Origin: the human T2T-CHM13v2.0 reference genome, Homo sapiens
NCBI RefSeq assembly: GCF_009914755.1
Contig: NC_060948.1
DNA: 64,000 nucleotides
Reading direction: 5' to 3' (one strand)
Shown: piece after piece, positions 28,231-40,207 of the stretch
Position numbering within the stretch: the stretch's first letter is position 1
How the letters are laid out: each line of letters starts with the position of its first letter
Made by a program: the position numbers and the translations under genes
Notes under the pieces: generated by a model
Told to the model about the DNA's origin: nothing
What the model saw: only the letters and a program-made list of their open reading frames with translations
The model's database searches: none

Positions 28231-28334
28231 TGGGTGACAGAATTATACCTGAGACACTAGAATTGGGTGCCCACAAATGATGTGGGTGACAGAATTATAC
28301 CCGAGACCCTAGAATTGGGTGCCCACAAATGATG
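28231..28334 (+). repeat. 52-bp tandem duplication within a monomer
   Basis: 28231-28282 is repeated at 28283-28334 with 2 mismatches. Confidence 0.95.
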
Positions 28335-31300
28335 TTTGTGCCCTTATCTTCACTGCCTCCCTCCATTCTGGACCTCACAGGCACTCTCTGTGAAATGCAA
28401 GAAGCATGACAAAGGAAGTCTAAAATGCAGCAGTGTTCTCACACCTCAAACAGGCTTCTCATGAGTGCAGATGAGGTTGAGACAGTGTATTAGAGGACAT
28501 CTGTGGTGATGCCAAGCCTCAAAAGAGTGTCCAGTAGTGCTTTTCAGGGGCACTGTGGACTTCCCAGGAAAGCAAAGAAAAATTAAGCCTCATGAGTGAG
28601 AAAAAGATGGCTTGTGTGGAGTCTAAGAAACATTTAAAATTTCCTATCAGAGAACTCAAAAGCCTCCTGCAAAGTGCAACCAACCTCAGCACCCACAATG
28701 AGACTCTGACCTACAACCTGGAGTGCTACCAAACCTAACCCGAGTCCCATTTGCTCCCTGAAATCCCTGGCAGCCCACAGATCTGTGGCAAGAGGCAGAC
28801 CCATCCATCAACAATCCAGTGAAAGACCACATCCACAGTGAGAAAGGACATGCAGATGCAATGAGACACAGCATAGATTACCAGGCAAAAGCCAGACATG
28901 GCTCCCTGCTTCTCATACTACAGGAATCATGCAGCACTCCGATAAAAGTTGTAGAACAAAAGCTTCCTTGTTGGCGGATGTAATAGGAATTTATGGTTTA
29001 AAAATTATCACAGCTGCCCAGTCATTAAAACGTGAAAGTGTTTAGAAGGAAACACTCACCCAGTGGATTCCCTTGAGGGTCGTCTTCTGTGAACTGGGAG
29101 ACGTTTAACATGGAAGACACTGAGCCAGACCAAGGAAACCCTAGGCTGACAAGGAACATGGAAGACAGGAAAAGAAGAAGCAAGTGTGGTGGCCATATCC
29201 CATCTTGCATCTATCAATCTCACTTTCAAGTGGAGCCAAGTAGGAAAGCTCTCAAATTGGGAGTTTGCCAGGATGGCCCCAGTTTGCACATCAAATATTC
29301 TCTGCATGTTGGCGTACTCCCACCTGAACATCAGGCCATAGTGTGGACTACTTGTGTAATTAAGGACATGTGAGGATGCAGTTGGAATCAATTTCTGTGT
29401 CATCTGTCTTTACATTTTTTCCAGGTGAAGGAGTGGGACCCCATCCACCCCTCACCAGATTGCATCTTCAACCCTATCTGACCTTTTTGCTGCTTATACT
29501 CTCTGTCCCTGAAGGAAATGCCAAGATGATCTAGGAGTGCCCTCTCATGACTTGAAGCACCTGCTCGGCTAGGAACCAAATTCGAGATAAATTCAAGGGG
29601 CCCTGTGGACAAGCATGCAGGTGTTTCTTCCTGGAATGGCAGCAGAACAATGAATTACTGAGGGAAGTCTGTCCTTGGGTATGGTGTGCTCCTCTTCTTT
29701 CTTGAAGAGTAGCTTTTTTTGCAGGCAGAGGTGATGCGGACCTTGGCATGTCACAAGCAGCCTCCCAGTTCATTTTGCATTCATGATACAGGGAAAAATA
29801 AAAAAACACGGAGACCTGCAGCCCAAGTAGAGCCACACAAGCCACCTAAAGGTTGGGAGACTCAAAAAAAAAAAAAAGAGTTCAGTGTGCTAGCCACATA
29901 CCTTTAAGCAAATTCCACTTACAAGCACACACACAGACAAACACACACACAGAAACACACAATACCAAAAAAGCCACACCCACATGCATACATCAAAGAC
30001 TCACAACACTTTCACAGAAACACACAGCCTGGCAGTTTCTGAGGCTGCAGTTTCTGAGGCTGCATGGTTCGGCAGGAAGACTTACCTGGGAGAGAGCAAT
30101 TGTGGGGAACACAGGTATGGTGCACCTAGAAACCACAGTGAGGCAAGTTTCAAAAAGACTTTCCTCTACATGCCTAGGCAGGCCTGAGGCATTCTATAGA
30201 TAGAGATTTCACATTTTATTCCTGGGGTTGGCTTGACCTGTCTTCCAGTTGGCTCATGTCTGCCCTCTTCTAGGATCACGGGAATATCCCTTGGATCCCA
30301 CAGAGCAGACAGGTGAAAGTCCACTGCCGATGCACCTCCAAGAAAGTCTCCTTCTTTGCCAAGCTGCAGTGACTTCTCACTAGGCAATGTTGTCATTCAT
30401 TGTGACACTAGCCAGAGCTTACAGCTCAGGCTTGGTGTCCTGAGACTAGTGTATATGCATTCTCAGCACCTGACAGGCAGAGCTGTCAGCCCACCTAAGC
30501 AGACAAAAATGGTACAGGCAGGGCAGGCCTCGTATCAGGACAAATTGCTTCATGCGATAACCCACTGTAGAACCCTAAAAGTCTCGAACTTAAGGACCCT
30601 TCGGGTCATACCCATGATCTAGTCCCACTGGAGAAGGAGGCATTTCAAGACTCTGAGGAGGTTACTGAGATCTGCTCTTCTGACTTCATTCCTGGAAGAG
30701 ACTGTGTGGGAGAATCAGGTCCCATGTGAATTGGAATGTTGTCTCGTGAGTTGTGGAGGGTTGTTTGGGTGATAGAATCATACCTGTGACCCCAGAGGTG
30801 GGTGTCAGTGAAAGATGGCTGGGACTTTAACCTCACTGCCTCCCTTCCTCCTGGGGCTCACAGGGGCTCTTGGGGAAAGGCAGGCAGCATGACAAAGGCA
30901 AGTCAAAAGTAGAGCAGAGTTCTTATACCTTGAACTGGCCTCCCTCTCATGGGTGCAGAAGAGGATGAGACTGTGTCTCAGGGATCATCTCTGGTGATTG
31001 CAATCCTGAAAATATTGTCAGATAGTGCTGTTGAATGGCACTGTGGACCTCCCATGAAAGCAAAGGATAATCAAGGCTTATATAACAGAATGAGCTGCCT
31101 TGTGCTGTGGTCCAAGCAACATTCAGAGATTTCTGTCAGAGGACCCAAAAGCCTCCTGCAAAGTGCTAACAACCTCAGCCTCCACAACAAAACCATGATC
31201 CCAAACCTAAAGCACAGCCAGCATACTTGAAGTCCTTTTTGTTCTCCAAAATCTCTGGCAGCCAATAAATATCTGATGGAAGGAAACCCCATCCAGCAAC

Positions 31301-34300
31301 AGCCCAATGAAAGATTCCTCCACAATGAAAAAAGACAAGCAGATGAAATGAAACAGAGCCTAGATTCCCAGGCAAAAGCTAGATATGACTGCCTGCTCCT
31401 CATCCTACAGGAATCAAGCAGCCCTCCGATAAAAGCTGGATAACGAGAGTTTCCTTGTTAGAGACTATAAAAGAAATTTACAGTTTTAAAAATATCAAAG
31501 CTGCCCAGTCATTAAAACCTGACAGTGTTTAGAAGAAAACACTTATGGAATGGATTCCCTTGAGTGTCGTCTTCTGTGAAATGGGAAACATTTAGCATGG
31601 AAGACATAGAGTCAGATCTAGGAGCCCCTATGCCAATGAGGAACATGGAAGTTGGGAAAAGAAGAGGCAAGTGAGTTGACCATATCAAACTTTGCGTAAA
31701 AGGATTTGTCTCCCATTTGGATCCAGGTGTGAAATCCTTCAAATAGGGAGTTTTCTGGGATGGCCCAGTTTGCACTCCAAACATTCCATGCATATTAGGG
31801 TGCTCCCACCTGTACACTGGCCCATGGTGTGGACTGGTTATGTAATTAAAGTAATGTGGGGATGCAGTTGGAAGCACCTTCTGTGTCATCTGCCTTCTGT
31901 GTCATTTTTTGTAGGTGAAGGTGCAGGACCCCATCCACCTCTCACCAGCTTATATCCTCACCTTTATCTGATGATATGGCTACTCAAACTCTCTGTCCTA
32001 AAAAGATATCTGAAGATGATGGAGGAGTGCCCCTTCACCAAGTGAAGATCATGCTCGGCTAGGAACCGAAAATGAAGTAAATTCAAGGGGCCCTATGGAC
32101 AGAATTGCTAGTGTTTCTCCATATAAAAAAACTCAAGGCTTGCCTAAGAGAATGAGTTGACTTTTGCTGGAGTCCAAGCAATGTTCAAAAACTCCTGTCA
32201 GAGGACCCAAAAGCCTTCCGCAAAGTGCAAACAACTTCATCCTCCAGAATGAGACCAAGGCCCACAACCAGAAATGCAGCCAGCCTACCCAAAGTGCATT
32301 TTGCTCCCTAAAATCAGTAACAGCCAAAAGATTTGTGGTGAGTGGCAGTCACGTCCAGCAATGGCCCAATTAAAGATACCCTCCACAATGAGAAAGGTCT
32401 TGCAGTTGAAATGATACAGACTGTAAATTACCAGGCGAAAGCCAGACAATTCTGCATGCTTCTCATCCTACAGTAAACATGCAGCCCTCCAAAAGAATTG
32501 GGAGAACAAGAGTTTCCTTGTTGGCATCTGTAATGGGAATTTATTGTTTTAAAAGTATTACAGATTCCCAGTCATTAAATCGTGATAGTGTTTAGAAGGA
32601 AACACATGCAAACCATTCCTATGAGGGTTGTCATCCATGAACTGGGAAGCATTTATTATGAAAGACATTGAACCAGGCCTAGGAAACTCTACGCCAACAA
32701 GGAACACGAAAGTCGGGAAAAGAAGAGGCAAGTGTGGAGTCCACATGCCCTCCAGGATCAATGCATCCCACTTTTTTTTTTCTCTCCAGGTACAAAAGCC
32801 CTCCAATTGGGAGTTTTCCAGGATGGTCCAAGTTTGCACTACCAATGTTCCCTGCACATTGAAGTACTCCCACCTGAACACTGGGCCATGGTGTTGATGG
32901 CTTGTGTAATTAAGGGAATGCAAATATGCAGTTGGAAGCACCTTCTGTGTAATCTGTCTTCACCATTTTTACAGGTGAATGTGTGGTTCCCCATCCACTG
33001 CTCACCAGATTGTATCTTCCCACCAATCTGATCTTATTGCTGCTAGCACTCTCTGTCCTAGAATAAAATCCTGATAGAGGCTAGCCCCATTATAATGAAA
33101 AGCACCTGCTTGGCTGAGAATCAAATTTGAAGTAAATGCAAGTGGCCTGTGGACAGGACTGTTACTGTCTCTCCCTGGGTATGCTTCAGAACATGAAACA
33201 CTTGGGGATGTCTGTTCTTCAGTGTGGTTTTCTCTTCTTTTTTCTAGAAGAGTGTTTCTGTTTGTTTGTTTGTGTGTTTGTTTTTTCCCAAGGGGGCCAT
33301 AATTTGATTTTGACATGTTTCAGCCACCCTCCCAATTCACTGCAGATTCATGATCCACAAAAAAATAAAGAACACGGAGTCCTGCAGACCAAGCAGGGCC
33401 ACACAGAGAGGCCACCAAAAGTTTGGGAGATTCAAAACTAAGAAGCACTGCAGTGCAATAGCCATATTCCTTTAAGCAGATTCCACTTACAGGCACACAC
33501 ACAAACACATGCACATACAAAGCCACACCAACACTCCCAACACTCCCACAGAAACACAGCCCGAGAGCTTCTGAGGCTGTGTTGTTCTGCCAGAAGCCCC
33601 ACTTGGAAGAGAACAACTCTAGGGAACACAGGTCGGCTGAACCTAGAAATCATAGTGGAATAAGTTTCAAAAAGATTAACTGATACAATGTCTAGGCAGG
33701 CCTGAGGCCTTTTGCAGGTCCTTTTTGATCCTTAGAGATTTCACACTTTATTCCCGGGGCTCTGCTTGATGTTTCTTCAGGCTGTCTTGCACCCAGCATC
33801 AATCTATTGCAATTTTATTTGGCTATAGCTATGAAAGCCCTAAAATCAGGAGTTTGCCAGGATAACCCCAATTTGCACTCCAAATGTTCCTTACACGTTG
33901 GAATACTCCCACCTGAAAACTGGGCCATGGTGTGGTCTATATGTGCTATTAAGGGAATGCAGAAATGGAGTTGGAAGCACATTCTGTGTGATCTGTCTTT
34001 TTTTTTTCAGCTGAAGTTGCAGGACCCCATCTACCCCTCACCAGATTGTATCCCCACTTTTATCTTATTGCTGCTGCCTTATCACTGCTGACACTCTATG
34101 TCCTATGGTGAAATCCCACAGACAATGGAAAGTGCCCCTCATGACCTGAAGCAACTGCTTGGCTGAGAACCGAATTCAAGGTAAATTCAAAAGGCCCTGT
34201 AAACAAGACTGCTAGAGTGTTCCCTGGGTTTCCCTCAGGACAATGAATCTCTGGGAGAAGTCTGATTTTTGGTGTGGTGTGCTCCTCTTCTTTCTAGAAG

Positions 34301-36973
34301 AGTGGCTTTTTTTTTGCATGGGGAGGTGATTGGATGCCAGCATGCCTTAGCCTGCCTCCCAATTCACTGTGAATTTATGATCCACAGAAAAATAAAGAAC
34401 ACTGAGCCCAGCATCTCAAGCAGAGCCACACAGACAGGCCACCAAAAGTTTGGAGTCTCAAAAAAAAAGAAGGGCTGAAGTTCATTATCCACATTCCTTT
34501 AAGCAGACTCTACTTACAGGCACACATAGACATACACACAGACACAAAAACCCACAAAGCCACACACACATGCAAACATCCAATACTCACAACTCTGTCA
34601 CAGACACACACAGCCCTGCACTTCTTGAGGCTTCATGGTTCTGCAGGAAGCCCCACCTGGAAGAGAGCAACCCTGGAGAACACAGGCATTATATGTACCT
34701 ATGAATCACAGGCCAAGTTTCAAAAAGAGTCACCCCTACAACATCTAGGCAGGCCTGACGGAACCTGCAGATCCTTTTGGATCCTTATGGATTTTGCTGC
34801 TTAATCCTAGGGCTGTGCTTGAGGTTTCTTCAGGCTGGCTCATGTCTATGCTTTCCTAGGATCATGGGACTATGTCGAGGATTCCAAAGAGAAGACAGGT
34901 GAGAGTCCTCCGCAGACCCTCCCCCACAGAGGTCTCCTATTCCACCAATCCACAGGGACTTGAGCTAGGCAAAGATGACATTCATTGTAATGCTTGATAT
35001 AGCTCACAATTAAGCCTGGTGCCCTGAGATTAGGACATGGGCATTCTTGAGGCGGTCTCAGGCACCTGCCTGTAACAGCTGCCAGCCTGCCTAAGCAGAG
35101 GCAAATAGTACAGCCAGAGCCAACCTGGTATCAGGAAAAGGCTGCCTGTGAAAACCCACTGCGGGATCTTAAAAGTCTGGACCTCAGGGCCCTTTTGGTG
35201 TGTCTCCATTGTCATGTTTTGCTGGAGGAGGAGGGGTTTTCAGACTGTGAGGTGGTCGCTGAAAACTGCTCTTCTGACTCAATTCCTGAAAAAGGCCGTG
35301 TGCAAGAATCAGGTCCCATTGAGACTGGAATACTGTCTGGTTTGTTTTTGATGGTTCCTTGCGTGATAGAATCATATCTGAGACCCCAGAGGTGGGTGTC
35401 AGTGAAAATGGCCAGGACCTTTAACTCACTTCCTCCCTTCATTCTATGCCTCCCAGGGGCACTTTGGGAAAGGCAGGAACCATGAAAGAGGCAAGTCCAA
35501 GGTGGATCAGTGTTCCCACACTTCGGACTCACTGCTCAAGACTGAGATGAGGTTGAGACAGTGTCTCTGAGGTAGTCTGTGGTGATGGCAATCCTGAAAA
35601 AGGTGTCCACTAGTGCTGTTGAGGGGCACAGTGGATTCCCCATGAAAACAAACAAACAAAATCAAGGGTTTCCTGAGAGAACGAGCTTCCTTGTGATAGA
35701 GTCAAAGCAATGTTCAATTATTCCTGTAAGGGGACCCAACACCCTCCAGCAAAGTTCAAACCACCTCATCCCCCACAACCAGAAAACCACCCACAACCTA
35801 AAGCACAGCCAGGCTACCCAAAGTCAATTTTGCTCTCTTAAATAGTTAGCAGCTAAATAATCTTTGGCAAAGGGCAGTCCCACCCAGCAAAAGCCCAATG
35901 AAAAACACCATCCACAATGAGGAGGCTGTGCAGATAAAATAAAATAGAGGATAGACTGCCAGCCAAAAGCTAGACATGGCTGTCTGTTTCTCATCCTACA
36001 GAAATCATGCAGCACTCTGATAGAAGTGGGAGAACAAGAGTTTCCTTGCTCATGGCTGTAATGGGAATTTACTGTAGCTTCTAAGTCATTAAAACGTGAC
36101 AGTGTTTAGAAGGAAACACTCATGGAATGGATTTCCATGAGGGTATTTCTTCATGAACTGGGAAACATTTTGTGTGGAAGTCCTTGAGACAGAAGCAGAA
36201 AATTCTAGGCCAGTAAAGTACATGGACATCAAAAAAAGAAGAGGTAAACATGGAGGTCCATATCCTACACAGCATCAAGCCATTCCACTCACATTTGTCT
36301 CCGAGTATGAAAGCCCTCAAAGAAGGAGTATGCCATTATATCCCCAATTAGCACTCCAGATGTTCCTTGGACATTGGAGTACTCCCATCTGAACACCAGG
36401 CCAAGGCATGGACTGAATGTGTAATTAAGGGAATGCAGGGATGGAGTTAGAAGCACCTTCTATGTCATCTGTCTTCATTTTTATTTCAGGTGAAGTTGTG
36501 GGATCCCATCCTCTCCTCACCATTGTATCCTCACCCATAACTGACCTTACTGCTACTCACACTCTATGTTCCAGGATGAAATTCCAAGATGATGGAGGAG
36601 TGCCCTCCCATGACATGAAGCACCTCCTCAGCTGGCAACCGAATTTGAGATAAATATGGACAGTACTGCTAGTACTTTTACCTGCGTTGGCCACAGGACA
36701 ATGAAACACTGGAAGATGTCTGGTTTTGTGTGTTGTGCTCCTTCTTTCTAGAGGAGTGTTTTTTTTTTGCAGGGGTAGGTTATTTGGACACCAGCGAGAC
36801 TTTGTAAGCCTCCCAATTCACTTCAAATTCATGATCCACAGAAAAATAAAGAACAAGGAGCCTCATAGCACAATCAGAGCCACACAGAAAAGCCGTCAAA
36901 AGGGTTTAAGACTCATAAAAAGTAACGCCTAAGTGGGTGAGCTACATTTCTTTAAGTAGACTCCACTTATAGG

Positions 36974-36975
36974 CA

Positions 36976-37008
<33 letters not shown>

Positions 37009-38859
37009 CATAAACCCTCAGTGCTGCACACACATGCAGACATCCAAAACTTGCAACACTCACAGAAACACACAACCAGGCAGCTTCTGAGGCTGCATAA
37101 TTTGGCAGAGAGCCCCACCTCGGAAAGAGCAACCCCAAGGAAAACAGGCAGGCTGTGCTTATCAATCACAGTGGGGAAAGTTTCAACAACACCTCAACAA
37201 CATCTAGGCACTTCTGAATAATCCTGCGAACATTTTTGGATGCTTAGGGATTTTGCGGTTTATTCCTGGAGCTGTGCTTGAGGTTTATTCAGGCTGGCTC
37301 CCATCTGCCCTCTCCTAGGATTATGGAAATATCCCATGGATCCCACAGAAAAGACAAGCAAGTCACTACACACATCCACAGTGCTCTCCTTCATTGACAA
37401 GCTTCAGGAACTTGTCGGGAGGCAATGGTGACATTCATTGTGACCTTAGCCAGAGCTCACAATCAACCATGGTGCACTGAGACTAGCTCATGCACATTCA
37501 TCAGGCAGATTCAGGCACCTGGCTGTCAGAGCTGTCAGCCTTCCTCAGTAGAGGAAAATGCTACAGTCGGCACTGGCCTGGTATCAGGAAAATAGATGCC
37601 TGCAAAAACCCACTGTGGGACCCTAAAAGTCTTGACCTCAGGTCCCCTTTGTGCTGTCTCTGTTGTCAGGATCCACTAAAGGAGGAAGTGTATCAAGACT
37701 CTGAGGTGGTCTGTGGAAACTGCTCTTCTGTCTCCATTTTTGAAAGGCTGTGTGCAATAATTGGGTCCTGTGGAGATTGGAGTATAGTCTGAATTATTGT
37801 TGAGGGTTCTTTGGGTGATAGAATCATACCTGAAACCCCAGGGGCTTGTGTCAGTGAAAGATGACCAGGCCCTTGAACTCACTGCCTCCCTTTATCCTGG
37901 GCCTCCCATGGACTCTCTGGGAAGGGCAGGAGCCACAATAAAGGCTAGTCAAATGTGGAGCATTGTTCTCACCCCTCAGACTGGCCTCTCACTGGTGAAG
38001 ATGTGGTTCAGACAGTGTCTCAGAGGCCATCTGTGGTGATGGCAAGCCTAAAAACGGTGTCCAGTAGTGGTGTTAAGGGGCACTGCGGATTGTCCATGAA
38101 AGCAAAGAAAAATTAAGGCTTGCCTGAGAGAATGGAGACAGAAGAGCAGTTTCCACAGACCACCTCAGAGTCTTGATACACTTCCTCCTTTAGTGGATCC
38201 TGACAACAGAGACAGCACAAAGGGGACCTGAGGTCAAGACTTTTAGGGTCCCACAGTGGGTTTTTGCAGGCATCTATTTTCCTGATACCAGGCCAGTGCT
38301 GACTGTAGCATTTTCCTCTACTGAGGAAGGCTGACAGCTCTGACAGCCAGGTGCCTGAATCTGCCTGATGAATGTGCATGAGCTAGTCTCAGTGCACCAT
38401 GGTTGATTGTGAGCTCTGGCTAAGGTCACAATGAATGTCACCATTGCCTCCCGACAAGTTCCTGCAGCTTTTCAATGAAGGAGACCACTGTGGAGGTGTG
38501 TAGTGACTTGCCTGTCTTTTCTGTGGGATCCATGGGATATTTCCATAATCCTAGGAGAGGGCAGATGGGAGCCAGCCTGAATAAACCTCAAGCACAGCTC
38601 CAGGAATAAACCGCAAAATCCCTAAGGATCCAAAAATGTTCGCAGGATTTTTCAGAAGTGCCTAGATGTTGGTGAGGTGTTTTTGAAACTTTCCCCACTG
38701 TGATTGATAAGCACAGCCTGCCTGTTTTCCTTGGGGTTGCTCTTTCTGAGGTGGGGCTCTCTGCCAAATTATGCAGCCTCAGAAGCTGCCTGGTTGTGTG
38801 TTTCTGTGAGTGTTCAAGTTTTGGATGTCTGCATGTGTGTGCAGCACTGAGGGTTTATG

Positions 38860-38892
<33 letters not shown>

Positions 38893-38894
38893 TG
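36974..38894. repeat. Inverted repeat (palindrome): arms 36974-37738 and 38131-38894, 392-bp spacer
   Basis: 38131-38894 is the reverse complement of 36974-37738. The ORF track shows mirror-image pairs (37490..37792+ vs 38113..38379-; 36942..37169- vs 38700..38897+). Confidence 0.97.
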
Positions 38895-40176
38895 TGAATG
38901 CTGGAGTCAAAGCAATGTTCAAAGATTCCTGTCAGAGGACCCCAAAACCTCCTGCAAATTGCAAGCAACCTCAGCCCCCAAAACGAGACCATGAACCACA
39001 AACTTAAGTGCAGCCAGGCTCCCTGATGTCCCTTTTGCTGTCTGAAATCCCTGTCAGATAAATAATCTGTGGTGAAAGGCAATCCCATCCAGCAGTGGCT
39101 CAATGAAAGAGCACCTCCACAATGAGAAGGTCATGCAGATGAAATGAAACAGAGGCTAGATTACCAGGTAAAAACCCACGCACATCCACTTGCTTCTCAT
39201 CCTGCAATAATTATTCAGCCCTCCAATAGAAATGGGAGAACAAGAGTTTTCTTGTTGGAAGCTGTAATGGGAATTTACCATTTTAAAATTATCAAAGCTG
39301 CCCAGTCATTAAACATGAAAATGTTTAGAAGGAAAATATCCCCCAGTGGATTCCTATGATGGTCATTCTCCATGAACTGGGAAATGTTTAGTGTGGAAGT
39401 CATTGAGCCAGACACAAGAAACCCTAGACCACTGAGGAACATGGAAATCAGGAAATGAAGAGGGAAGTGTGGAGGTCACATCACATCCAGCATCAATTCA
39501 TTCCACTCCCATTTGGCTCCTGGTATGAAAGCTTTCAAATCAGGAGTTTGCCAGGATGGTCCCAATTTGCACACCAAATGTTCCTTACACGTTGGAGTAC
39601 TCCCATATGAACATATGGGGATAGAGTTGGAAGCAACTTCTGTTTCATTTGTCTTCATTTGCTTGCAGGTGAAGATGTGGTACCATATCCACCACTCACC
39701 AGATTGTATCCTCACCCCTATCTGACCTGATTGCTACTCACAATCTATCTCCCAGGATGAAATCCCAAGAAAATAGAGGAGTAACCCCTCTTGATGTGAA
39801 GCACCTGCTTGACTGGCAATTGAATTTCAGGTAAATTCAAGGGGAGCTGGGGACAGGATTACAAGTGTCTCTCCCTGATTTGGCCTGAGGACAACACTGA
39901 GAGATGTCTGTTTTTTGGTGTGGTGTGCTCCTCTTCTTCCTAGAAGGATGCTTTTTTTTTCTTTTTTGAAGGGGAATAATTTAGATGCTGGCAGATCTTG
40001 GCCAGCCTCTGAATTCATGGCAGATTCACAATTTACAGAAAATTAAAGAACACGAAGCCCCACTGCTGAAGCAGAGCTTCACAGAGAGGCCACTGAAATG
40101 CTGGGGAACTAAAAAATAATAATAATAATCATTAAAGTGCATTAGCCAAATTCCTTTAACCTGACTGCACTTATGG

Positions 40177-40207
<31 letters not shown>

